This document shows positions 30,101 through 39,711 of a DNA stretch of 64,000 bases, one piece after another; positions within the stretch are counted from its first letter, which is position 1, and each line of letters opens with the position of its first letter. The stretch comes from an uncultured delta proteobacterium (lineage in GTDB: Bacteria > Myxococcota_A > Polyangia > Polyangiales > B10-G4): contig CAVSGI010000008.1 of the NCBI GenBank assembly GCA_963727445.1, forward strand, positions 384,001 to 448,000, given 5' to 3'. The notes under the pieces were generated by a model. It saw only the letters and a program-made list of their open reading frames with translations, made no database searches and was not told the DNA's origin. The translations under genes were made by a program, and so were the position numbers.

Positions 30101-33018
30101 ATGTGGCTTCGCCTCGCCGCCGTCCTGACGGCCGCCCTCGGCCTCGCGGCCTGTGGGGATCCGCTCTGCGAGACGGGTGAAGAAGCCAGCTGCGTGCTGC
30201 CCACGCCCTGCCCGCGCCTCTCCGTCGAAGACTGTGGAGGATTCGCGGAGGTGCGCATCATCGGCGCCGACGATCCCGTCCCCACGGGCGACGACGCGCT
30301 GGCGTCGCCGGGTGATTTTCTCCTCCAGAACGATCGCTTCACCCTGGTGGTGGACGGTTTGGGTCACCCCCATTACTTCGCCCCGACCGGAGGCGCGGTG
30401 CTGGACGCGGTTGCCGATGGCACCCCCGGAGACGCGCTGGTCCACGTGGCTCAGAGCGTGGGGCTCGAGCCGGGCAGCGGGTTCGTCTACGACCGCTATC
30501 GCATCCTCGACACCGACCGGGGCGCCGCGCTCCAGGTCCGGGGCACCCTCGCCGCAGACGAGCGCTTCAAGGTGCTGACGCGTTACGAGATCCGCAGCTG
30601 CGAGCCCGGCATCCGGATACGCACCGAGGTCTACAACCGAAGCGACGACGACGCCGTCTGGTCGGTAGGAGACGTCTGGGTGCACGGCGAGCGCGGCCAC
30701 CTGCCGCTCGCGCCTCGCCCGGGCGCCTTCGACCCGCCGACGACCCTCGCGCCGGCGCCGGTAGAGGTGCCCTTCCTGGCCACCATTCCGCCATCGCCGG
30801 GGGGCACCGTCTACGGCTGCGTGCCTTGCGATGCCCCGGCGCTGTCGGGCTTCGTCCGAAGCGACGTCTCGCACCTCGGCAAACCCGAGCGCACCGTGTC
30901 GCCGGGCGACCGCGAGGTATTCGAACGCTTCCTCATCGTGACGCCCGGCGATGACGCAGCGGCGACCGCCGACATCGCCTACGGGTTTCGGCAGCAGCTC
31001 TGGGGCGAAGCGTTCACCACCGTGAGCGGGCGCGTCTCCCCGAGCGGCGACGAGACGCGAAGCACCGTCGTGGTGGAAGCGCTCGGCGAGGGACGCATGG
31101 AATCGCCGACGCCCGTGACTCAGGCGGCCGTCACCTCGGACGGCACCTTCGAGGCGCGCGTCCCCGCCTCCGGCGCGCTCGACGCGGTGGCGCTCGCCTT
31201 CGGCCGCGAGGTGGATCGCGTGACGGTGCCCGACGCCGGTGAGGAGCGGGACGTCGGAACGCTGAGCGGCGGCGACGCGGGGACGCTCTCCGTCACCACC
31301 GACCTCGACGGCGTCCCGGCGGATGCGCTGGTGGTGCTCCTGCCCCGCGACGCGACCACCGAGGCGAACGTGCGCGCGAGGCGCTTCGGCGCGGGGCCGA
31401 GCTGCGCGCCGCTCCTCGGACCGCCCGGCGCGGGACCCGTCGCTTGCCACCGCTTCATCACCACGCCCTCGGCGACGGTGAAGGTCCCTCCCGGCGACTA
31501 CCGCGTCCTGGCCACCCGAGGGCCCTTCGCCACCCTGGCCAAGGCCGACGTCACCATCACGGCCGGCTCGGCGAGCGACGTGAGCCTCTCCATCGCTTCC
31601 CTCGCGCTCCTGCCCGATGGGGCGCTCTCGGTCGATCTGCACGCGCACGGCCCCGCCTCCTTCGACGCCACCGCGGACGTGGCATCGCTGGCCTCCGCCT
31701 TCGGCGCCGTGGGTCTCGACCTGGTCGCGATGACGGATCACGACGTGCTGGCGGACTACCAGGACCTCGGCGGAGATTCGCTGCGGATCGTCACCGGTCT
31801 CGAGACGACGGCCGAGCGCCCCTTCGCGCTGCTGCCCCTCGCGGCGCCGCACACCATCGGCCGCTTCGGCTTCCTGCCGCTGGAGCCCTTCGAATCGGGA
31901 CCGTGGCGAGGCGCGCCTGCCGACGAGGACGTGGAGCCCGGCGTCCTCTTCACGCGCGTCGCGTCCGCCGGCTTCGACGTGGACGCCGGGCTCGTCCAGC
32001 TCCTCCGTCCCTGGGGCCAGCCCATCCTCGATCGCGACGTCGGCTTCCCGCGCGCCATCGGCCTCGACCTCCGCGGACCACTGCCCACCGAGCTCGACGG
32101 GACGACCGCGAGCCTCTTTTCGCAGACGCCGACCGGCGCGATCTACGCGAACGACGCCTTCCACACCGTCGAGGTGATGAGCGGGGTGGAGCCCGAGGCC
32201 TTCGTCGCTCAGCGGACGTTCTGGCACTACCTGCTCTCCGAGAACGTCGTTCGCGCGATGACTGGCGGCAGCGGTGCCCACGGCATCGGCGAAGCCGTCC
32301 CCGGCGCTCCCCGCACGGTGGTCACGCCCGCGTCCCCGTCGCTCGCGGACGTCCTCGCTGCGGTGAAGAGCGGGCGGGCGCTCGCCACCAACGGGCCCGT
32401 CATCGAGCTCACGATGATGGATCAGGCAGGCATGGAGCGGCGCCCCTCGACGACCGCTTTCGAAGCGCCCGCCACCCGCTGATCCACGTGCGCGTGCTGG
32501 CGGCGCCATGGATCCCCGTCGACGAGGTGCGGGTGGTGGTCAACGGACAGGTGCTGACCACGCTCAGCTCGGTGCTCGCCGCGCCCCCCGACCCCTTCGG
32601 CACGGAGGGCGTCGTCCGTTACGAAGGCGACATCGACATCACCCCGGGCCTCGCGCTCGAGTTCGGTGACGCCTTCGTCGTCGTCGAAGCCGGAGCGGCG
32701 CTCCCGGACGCCGGCAATCTGGATTGCGATGGTGTGCCCGACACGGGCGACAACGACGGAGACGGGCAGATCAGCGCCGCAGACGTGGGCGTCGTCGCCA
32801 ATGCTCAGACGCCTTCACCGCCGGTGACCAGCATCAGCGACACCTGCGTCTCCTCCGCTGGCCCCCTGCGTGCGGGCCCGGTCCCGAGCGATTCGAACAA
32901 TCCGCGGCGCGCCTTCTACGCGGTGATGGGCACCTCGCCCGTGGCGTCCACCAACCCTCTGCTACTGGATGTCGACGGCGGCGGCTATGACGGCGCCCCC
33001 CGCGGCGTCACTCCCTGA
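30101..33018 (+). CDS. Large lipoprotein with PHP-like (CehA/McbA-type) domain (frameshift at about 32476)
   Basis: Lipobox LAACG; DLHAH, MTDHD, GLETT, GRALATNGP; continues IHVRVLAAPWIPVDEVRVVVNG in the shifted frame. Confidence 0.75.
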
Positions 33019-33021
33019 ACG

Positions 33022-33654
33022 CTACTCCGCGAAGGCCCAGCCGCCCAGGACCTGATTGCAGGCGGCGGTCGCGGCCTCGTCGCGCTCGTCGTAGTTGCAG
33101 GTGACGATCCAGTCCTCGGCGTGCGCGGCGAAGACCGTGCCGAGGCGCAAGCGGTTGTCGTCGTCGCCGACGCGAAGCGCCCACTGGCAGGTCTGCCCCC
33201 AGGGCAGCGTCACCATGCCGCTCCGCTCGACGGTCGCCTGCTGCTGGCCCGCGACCAGATTGGCGAGCTGGCCACAGAGCGCCTCGTCGACGGCATCGGA
33301 GGAGATGTCGGTCGCGGTCGGGGAGACGACGACGCTCCCGGGTGCCACACCGCTCACCTCCGACTCCGAAGCCATGAGGATCAGCCCTCCAGGCGTCAGA
33401 ACGTCGTCGCGCATCATGTCCGCGATGGTCCCGCTCACCACGTTTGCGTAGCCCTCGGGAACGGGGACGCTGAAGTTTCGGCCGCTGACGCGGCGAGGGG
33501 TCATGGGACCGGTGGTGCTCGCCTGCCCTTCCCCTCCGGTCGTGGCGCCCTCCCCGGCGCCTCCGCCGCCGCCCTCGTCTGTGGCTGGCTCTCCACCACA
33601 GGCTGCGAAAGAGAACAGAAGCGCGAGCAGGATGAAGCGGGACGGGAAGGTCAT
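33022..33654 (-). CDS. Hypothetical lipoprotein
   Basis: Lipobox FAACGG; start overlaps the stop of the upstream esterase. Confidence 0.75.
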   Translation of the reverse strand: MTFPSRFILLALLFSFAACGGEPATDEGGGGGAGEGATTGGEGQASTTGPMTPRRVSGRNFSVPVPEGYANVVSGTIADMMRDDVLTPGGLILMASESEVSGVAPGSVVVSPTATDISSDAVDEALCGQLANLVAGQQQATVERSGMVTLPWGQTCQWALRVGDDDNRLRLGTVFAAHAEDWIVTCNYDERDEAATAACNQVLGGWAFAE

Positions 33655-34436
33655 GAGCCGGAGGGTAACGCCTCTGCGAGGAAGTCGGCGAACGCTTGCA
33701 CCACGAGGGGCCCAATCGTGTGGTCCCCGTCGAAGGGCACGAAGCGCACCTCCGCACCGGCGTCCGAGAGCGCGTCGCGCATGTGCTCCGCGCCGGCGAA
33801 AGGAAGGACGTCATCGCGCCGGCCGTGGGTGATGAGGACGTGCAGGCCTCGGGCCCGCGCCATGAAAGGCGCGAGGTCGCGCTCGGCGACCAGGCTCCCC
33901 GAGAGCACGGCCACCGGCCCGGGGTCCTCGCGATGCAGGGACGCCTGAAGCGCGAGCATCGCCCCCTGGCTGAACCCGGCGACCGCAATCTCGTCATCGG
34001 GCAGGCCGTAGCGACGCTTCACGTCGTCGATCAGGGCGAGCACCGCGCTCCGGGACGCGGGGAGCTCGGGCGGTCGCTCTCGCGACACGTCGCGCTCTCC
34101 CCGCGCGACCTGCGCTCGTCGCACCGGGCGTGGCGCGAGGGGCCACCACATCCGCCCTCCGTCCGGCAGCGGGAGCGGGCCCGCGGGCATCACGAAGCGG
34201 AGCTTCGACAGGCGTGAATCACGCAGGAGCGCGTGGGCGAGTGGGACCAGATCGTCGGCGGGCGTTCCGTAGCCGTGGAGCAGGATCACCGCCGGCCCGT
34301 CGCCTTGGCCCGCGGTCACGACCTCGAGCCCGCCCCACGCAGGCGAGGCCTCCTCGGCGGTCGGGGCCGGCGAAGCCTTTCGACAACCAGCGAGGATCAG
34401 CAGCGTGAGCAGGGTCAAAAGCAGATAGCGCGTCAT
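33651..34436 (-). CDS. Phospholipase/carboxylesterase (alpha/beta hydrolase) lipoprotein
   Basis: Lipobox LAGC; LLHGYG, GFSQG, HGRRDDVL, FDGDHTI. Confidence 0.9.
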   Translation of the reverse strand: MTRYLLLTLLTLLILAGCRKASPAPTAEEASPAWGGLEVVTAGQGDGPAVILLHGYGTPADDLVPLAHALLRDSRLSKLRFVMPAGPLPLPDGGRMWWPLAPRPVRRAQVARGERDVSRERPPELPASRSAVLALIDDVKRRYGLPDDEIAVAGFSQGAMLALQASLHREDPGPVAVLSGSLVAERDLAPFMARARGLHVLITHGRRDDVLPFAGAEHMRDALSDAGAEVRFVPFDGDHTIGPLVVQAFADFLAEALPSGS

Positions 34437-34486
34437 CTCACAATCCCGTTCATCGGGAGTCGAACCTATCCTACGATAGCGGCCCG

Positions 34487-35374
34487 ATGGACAATGCTCA
34501 GAAGGGGATCCTGGCCGCGGTCCCCGCGCATTCGCGCTACGTGCTCTACGACGTCCCCCCGGGGATTCACGCCGCGGATGCGCTCAAGGAGCTGCTCGAA
34601 GTGGATGTGAGCGCCGAGCTGCTGATCGGCCTCGGGCCCTCGCTGATCTTCGGCGCGGGCGCGGCGGTCGAGGGGCTGCACGCGCACCCGCCGATGGTGG
34701 GCCCGGGCGTCTCCGTCCCATCCACCCCGTTTTCGCTGCTCGCATGGCATCGCGGGAACGACCGCGGCGACTTGGTCCTCGCCTCTCGCGAGCTCGAGGA
34801 CGACCTGGCCGCGTTCTTCGAAGCCAAGGTGGTGATCGATTGCTTCCGCTACATGGAGGGACGCGACCTCACCGGCCACATCGACGGCACCGAGAACCCG
34901 AAGGGGGTGAAGGCCATCGATGCGGCGTTGGTCCAGGGCGCCAGCCCCGGGATGGACGGCTCGAGCTTCGTCGCGATCCAGAAGTGGGAGCACGACCTCG
35001 ACGAGTTCTTCGACGTCGACGAGAACGAGCGGGATCTGATCGTCGGGCGGCGCATCGACGACGACACCGAGATCGACGACGCCCCGCAGACGGCCCACGT
35101 CAAGCGCACGGCTCAGGAGGACTTCGATCCGCCCGCGTTCATGGTGCGGCGCTCCATGCCCTGGGCCGACGAGAACGGCGAGGGGCTCCTCTTCGTCGCC
35201 TTCGGCAAGAGCTTCGACGCCTTCGAAGCGGTGATGCGTCGCATGGTCGGCCTCGACGACGGCATCGTCGACGCGCTCTTCGACTTCACCCGCCCCACCC
35301 TGGGCGCCTACTTCTGGTGCCCCCCGGTGCAGGACGGGGTCCTCGACCTCCGAGCGCTCGCCCAGAAGGGCTGA
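34487..35374 (+). CDS. DyP-type peroxidase (YfeX/DypB-like)
   Basis: GRDLTGHIDGTENP, IVGR, AHVKR, MVRRSMPW, MVGLDDGIVDALF. Confidence 0.93.
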   Translation: MDNAQKGILAAVPAHSRYVLYDVPPGIHAADALKELLEVDVSAELLIGLGPSLIFGAGAAVEGLHAHPPMVGPGVSVPSTPFSLLAWHRGNDRGDLVLASRELEDDLAAFFEAKVVIDCFRYMEGRDLTGHIDGTENPKGVKAIDAALVQGASPGMDGSSFVAIQKWEHDLDEFFDVDENERDLIVGRRIDDDTEIDDAPQTAHVKRTAQEDFDPPAFMVRRSMPWADENGEGLLFVAFGKSFDAFEAVMRRMVGLDDGIVDALFDFTRPTLGAYFWCPPVQDGVLDLRALAQKG

Positions 35375-36465
35375 GCGCTCCCGCGGACCTCGGCGAGGAA
35401 CCGCTTCATCTCCTCGAGCTCGCGCGCGATCCACTGCTCCTTGGGGTCGTCCTCGCCGTCCTGGGTGTACTTGATGCCGAAGAGGTGCTTCGCCGCCGGG
35501 TAGTGCTTTCGCTCGACGAGACACTCGATGCAGTCGTCGAGGGAGAGGAAGTGCGGGAGGCTGCCGACGATCTGGTTGACGGTGTTCACGTCACCGTTGG
35601 CGCTGGCTTCGACCAGCTTCCCGAGCAGGTCGCGCTTCTGCTTGTCGACCTCCTGATCCCAGGCCGTGTAGTGCTTCATCTTCGCTTCGACCGCCGCGGC
35701 GACGTCCTTGGTGAAGCCGGGGTACACCGCAACGCCGGCCTGGTAGTACGCCGTCCAATAGTCGTGGGCAGCCTTGTGGTAGACCCATTGGTCGTACGCG
35801 GTGGCGTGGCGCTTGTCCTTCAGCTCCCTCTCGGCATTCCGCTCCGCCAACCAGAGGTTCCACACCTGCTCTTGCGCCAGGGCGTGGGCGCCGTTGCCGT
35901 GATAGAAGGACGCCGCCGCCATGCCGGGGGTCACCTCGTTCACCGCGCCGCAGCTCGCGCACTTCTGCTGGGTGCTGGTGGTGAGGTTCTCGATGGAGAT
36001 CTTGGCCCCGCACTGCGAGCACGGGACGCCCCGGGCGATCTCCTCCTGGGCGATCTGCTGAAGCCGCCGCGCCCAGTCGGCGCTCTTCTTCATCTCGATC
36101 GTGTAGTGCGACAGATCGATGTGGTCCCGCATCTGGCGGCACTTCTCGGACATCGAGTCCCGAGCGCCCGAGATCAGAGCCCACTCCTCGGAGGTGAGGT
36201 CGTCGAGCTCGGTGAGCTCGTCGATCTCCTCGCTGACCTTGCTGTAGGCGTCGTCCACCTTGCGGTCGAGCCCGTGGAAGCGGGTCTGGATCGCGGTGAA
36301 CGCAGCGCCCATCGGGCCGTAGTCCTGGGCGTGCTGCTCCATGAGCTGGTCGATCCCCGCTTCCGCTTCCGCGATGACCTCGTTGACGCGGGCGTTGACC
36401 TTGCCGAGGAAACCGTCCCACTTCTGAACGACCTCGTTCACCTTGTTCTGGACTTCAGGACGCAT
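35308..36465 (-). CDS. Hypothetical protein: coiled-coil N-terminus, central zinc ribbon, helical C-terminus
   Basis: AGGAGG RBS; CSQCG...CASCG. Confidence 0.8.
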   Translation of the reverse strand: MRPEVQNKVNEVVQKWDGFLGKVNARVNEVIAEAEAGIDQLMEQHAQDYGPMGAAFTAIQTRFHGLDRKVDDAYSKVSEEIDELTELDDLTSEEWALISGARDSMSEKCRQMRDHIDLSHYTIEMKKSADWARRLQQIAQEEIARGVPCSQCGAKISIENLTTSTQQKCASCGAVNEVTPGMAAASFYHGNGAHALAQEQVWNLWLAERNAERELKDKRHATAYDQWVYHKAAHDYWTAYYQAGVAVYPGFTKDVAAAVEAKMKHYTAWDQEVDKQKRDLLGKLVEASANGDVNTVNQIVGSLPHFLSLDDCIECLVERKHYPAAKHLFGIKYTQDGEDDPKEQWIARELEEMKRFLAEVRGSAQPFWASARRSRTPSCTGGHQK

Positions 36466-36490
36466 CGCTCTCCTCCTGGGTGGCGGGCCG

Positions 36491-37054
36491 CTAGAGCGGC
36501 TGGCCGCAAAAAGCACATTCGGTGTCGGACTTCGAAAGCTTCGGCGCGCCGCAGTTCTTGCACTTGAACGCAGCCGCTTGCGACTTGTGCCACTTCGGCT
36601 TGGGCGCGTTCGGGTCGTGGTGCATCAGCACGTTGCCGAACATCCCCTGACGAGCCGGAAGCACCGCCGCCCGATAGGCGCTGCCGATCTCGTTGTCTAC
36701 GCGATCCACCAGGCCGACCAGCCGCGCGTGCAGCACCCGCATCTCGGGTGGGTCGTCGATGATGTCGATGTCGATGCGCTTGGCTTCTCGCCGCGCCCAC
36801 ACGCAGAGGCTCTTCACCGTCTGCGACACCTCCATGAGCGCGGCGCCGCGCGTGGGTTTTTGCGCGGCGCGCACCTGCTCGCGCTCCGGGTCGGTGATCG
36901 GCGCCACGCCGTAGTGGGCGCGCAACGCGTCCCACTCGGCGTTGGTCCCCGCCGGCTCGTCCACGGACAGGGCCGTGTCGAAGATCTGCGTCACGCCCTG
37001 ACGCAGGCTGCCCAGCACCTGCTCGACGCGCTCGCGGCGCTCCGCGCTACCCAC
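36491..37054 (-). CDS. Hypothetical protein with C-terminal zinc ribbon
   Basis: CKNCGAP...CAFCGQPL; 12 bp and 25 bp gaps to its neighbours. Confidence 0.78.
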   Translation of the reverse strand: MGSAERRERVEQVLGSLRQGVTQIFDTALSVDEPAGTNAEWDALRAHYGVAPITDPEREQVRAAQKPTRGAALMEVSQTVKSLCVWARREAKRIDIDIIDDPPEMRVLHARLVGLVDRVDNEIGSAYRAAVLPARQGMFGNVLMHHDPNAPKPKWHKSQAAAFKCKNCGAPKLSKSDTECAFCGQPL

Positions 37055-37066
37055 AGCCGACCCTCG

Positions 37067-38104
37067 TCAGAGGCTCAGATCGTCGTCCATCCCGGCGCCC
37101 TGATACTTCGCCAGGTACTTCTGATGGAACTGCTCGTACTGACGGATCAGCGCCATGTCGGTGCCCATCTTGGGTCCCCAGTAGCCGCTCCACGCGCCGT
37201 AGGTGCCAGCGTCGATGCCGAAGACGGCGCCGAGCTGGGCGTTGACGTCCATGCCCTGCGCGGCCCAGGCCTCCTGCGCGGTCATGACCTCGACGTAGCG
37301 CTCGAAGGGAACGGGCTCGGCGCCGCCGGCGTCGACACCCTTGGCGCTGGTGAAGGCCGCGCCGAACTTGGTCGCGATGGCGCCCGTGGTGTCGCCCTGC
37401 ATCTTCGCCTGCCAGCCGGCGTTCGCTGCGTTGTACTTCGCCTGGTCCAAGCCGTGCTTCGCGAGCGCGGCGTTCGCCTGCTCGGGCGTCGCGTTCGCGC
37501 CGAGACCCGAGAGCTCCGCGGAAGCCGCGGCCCACACCTCGACCGAGACGCCCTCGACCGGCTCGAGGAGCGTCGGGTCGGCCGCCGCGGCCGCCGCCTG
37601 CATGTTCGCCATCTGGCCCATGCGCGCTTCCATCATCGAGTTCTGGAAGGTGTCGTCGGTGACGACCGCCTGCTCGCCGTCGTCGTCGACGCCGAGACGC
37701 GACCACTTGGCCTGGACGTAGGCCATGACGGTGCGGAAGTGGTCCTGGTTCTGGTAGCCGTGCTGCTGCGCACCCTGGTCGGAGGTCATCCCCTGACCCT
37801 GCGCCTCCTCGATGGCGAACTGGTGGATCCAGACGCCCTTGGGATCCTGCCAATTGATGCCGTTGAGGGGCACCGCGCCGCTCTCGACGCGGGCGATGAG
37901 CTCCTGCATCTCCTTGAACTGTTCCTCTGCGTAGGAGAGCTCTGGCTCCGCGGGCGCACTCGCGCCGCCGGTTGGCGACGGGGCGGCGCCCGCGGACGCC
38001 GCACCCCCCCCGGAGGGCAGCGAGGCGGAGGGCGTGTTGCTGCTGCCGCCGCCGCCGAAGAGGCTCTTGAGGAGATTGATGATCATGTTGATCAGTGCGC
38101 CCAT
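37067..38104 (-). CDS. Helical-repeat protein (DUF6620-like, tentative) with N-terminal amphipathic helix
   Basis: MGALINMIINLLKSLFGGG; repeated EPV...G[LI]D..[KT]Y......W..KM..D units. Confidence 0.8.
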   Translation of the reverse strand: MGALINMIINLLKSLFGGGGSSNTPSASLPSGGGAASAGAAPSPTGGASAPAEPELSYAEEQFKEMQELIARVESGAVPLNGINWQDPKGVWIHQFAIEEAQGQGMTSDQGAQQHGYQNQDHFRTVMAYVQAKWSRLGVDDDGEQAVVTDDTFQNSMMEARMGQMANMQAAAAAADPTLLEPVEGVSVEVWAAASAELSGLGANATPEQANAALAKHGLDQAKYNAANAGWQAKMQGDTTGAIATKFGAAFTSAKGVDAGGAEPVPFERYVEVMTAQEAWAAQGMDVNAQLGAVFGIDAGTYGAWSGYWGPKMGTDMALIRQYEQFHQKYLAKYQGAGMDDDLSL

Positions 38105-38200
38105 TTTTCCCTCTCGCGTTCGCCCGGCGAGGACCGCCGGTGGGCGCGGACGATACCGCACGCCACCCCCGCCCAACAACGACGATCATCGAATGGCCAT

Positions 38201-39004
38201 TCAGTCTGGCCGGCGCGTGATCAAGTCGGTTTTCAGCTGATGACGGTCGTTGAAGAGCCGGAGGTAGGAGAGCCAGGTGACGCCGAGGCAGCCCAGCGAG
38301 GTCGCGAAGGCGAGCATGAACATCACGACGATCTGGTACTTCACGGCTTCGATGGGGTTGGCGCCCTGGAGGATCTGGCCGGTCATCATCCCCGGAATCG
38401 AGACGATTCCCACGACGGCCATCGAGTTCAGGATCGGGATCATCCCTCGCTTCACCGATTCGGCCATCGGCTCCTTCACCGCCTCCCAGCGGGTGGCGCC
38501 CATCGCGAGGTCGGCCTCCACCGTGTCCCTCCGCGCGTCGAGGATCTCGAGGAGCTGGTCGAGGGAGAGCGAGATGCCGGTGAGACCGTTGCCCAGGATC
38601 ATGCCGAGGAGCGGGATGACGTACTGCGGCCGGTACCAGGGATGGACGCCGATCGCGACCGAGGTGACGGCGAAGGTGGTCGCCGTGCCCGTGACCACCA
38701 GGGTTGCGATGGCGCGGCTCCGCGCCCCTGGATAGACGCGGCTCGAACGCGCCACCGCGGCGCGCCCCGCCATGACCGTCATCACGCCCACCACCGCCAG
38801 GAGCGGCGCCAGGTGATCGATCGCGAAGACCCACTCGAGGACGTAACCGACGAGGGTGAGCTGAACCACGGTGCGCACCGCACCGATCGCGACCTTCTTC
38901 TCCACCCCCGCGCCCACCGCGAAGCTCACGAGCCCCGCGACCAACACCAGCAGCGCGGTGAACCCGACGTCCCAGACCGAAAGGATGATCGCGCCCTCAC
39001 CCAT
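38201..39004 (-). CDS. fetB: ABC transporter permease, FetB/YbbM (UPF0014) family
   Basis: RTVVQL.LVG.VL, PQYVIPLLGMILGN, EADLAMGAT, GIVSIPGMMTGQIL.G..P..AVKYQI. Confidence 0.9.
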   Translation of the reverse strand: MGEGAIILSVWDVGFTALLVLVAGLVSFAVGAGVEKKVAIGAVRTVVQLTLVGYVLEWVFAIDHLAPLLAVVGVMTVMAGRAAVARSSRVYPGARSRAIATLVVTGTATTFAVTSVAIGVHPWYRPQYVIPLLGMILGNGLTGISLSLDQLLEILDARRDTVEADLAMGATRWEAVKEPMAESVKRGMIPILNSMAVVGIVSIPGMMTGQILQGANPIEAVKYQIVVMFMLAFATSLGCLGVTWLSYLRLFNDRHQLKTDLITRRPD

Positions 39005-39626
39005 CTGGTGCTCCGAGGTCGATCAGCCGGTCGCAGGCGCGCTCGGCCTGGGCGCGATCGTGAGTGACCCAGATCATCGACGCGTCGCTCTCGGCGAGGA
39101 GCGCCTCGACGGCCGCGGTGGACGCGGCGTCGAGGCCGCTGGTGGGCTCGTCGAGGAGGAGCACGTCGGGATGGGTGGCGAGGGCGCGCACCAGGGCCAC
39201 CCGCTGTTTCTGTCCCTCGGAGAAATCGCGGGCCTCGGCGGGGAAGCTCTCGGGGTCGAGGCCGACGCGCTCGAGGAGCGTCGCCACCTCGGCTTCCGGG
39301 TACGAAGATCCGACGGATCGGAAACGAAAGGGGCGGCGGAGGTTGTCTTCGACGGTCCCGCCGAAGAGCACCGGGCGCTGGGGCACGAAGCGAACCCGGC
39401 GACGGTATTCTGGGAAGCCGATCTCGGCTGGGTCCTTTTCGTCGAGGGTGACGGTGCCCGCGGCCGGATCCGCGAGGCGGGCAAGGGTCCTCAGGAGCAT
39501 CGTCTTGCCGATCCCAGAGGGCCCCACCAGCGCCAGGCGAGCTCCGGGCTCGAGCGCGAAAGAGAGCCCCGACACGAGCGTTCGGCCGCCGGCTGCCACG
39601 GACAGATCGCTCACCCGAAGGGCCAC
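38997..39626 (-). CDS. fetA: ABC transporter ATP-binding protein, FetA/YbbL-like
   Basis: GPSGIGKT, FSEGQKQR, LLLDEPT, WVTHD; overlaps fetB. Confidence 0.82.
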   Translation of the reverse strand: MALRVSDLSVAAGGRTLVSGLSFALEPGARLALVGPSGIGKTMLLRTLARLADPAAGTVTLDEKDPAEIGFPEYRRRVRFVPQRPVLFGGTVEDNLRRPFRFRSVGSSYPEAEVATLLERVGLDPESFPAEARDFSEGQKQRVALVRALATHPDVLLLDEPTSGLDAASTAAVEALLAESDASMIWVTHDRAQAERACDRLIDLGAPDG

Positions 39627-39711
39627 GAGGGAGGTGGTAGTCGTCGGCCCGCGCCAGGGCAAGTGAGGTCGCTCGCTGCCACCGAGGGCCAGAGCCGAAG
39701 ATACTCCGGCC

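Noticed and set aside
34487..35374. DyP as encapsulin cargo
   Set aside because: There is no adjacent encapsulin gene and no extended C-terminal targeting peptide.
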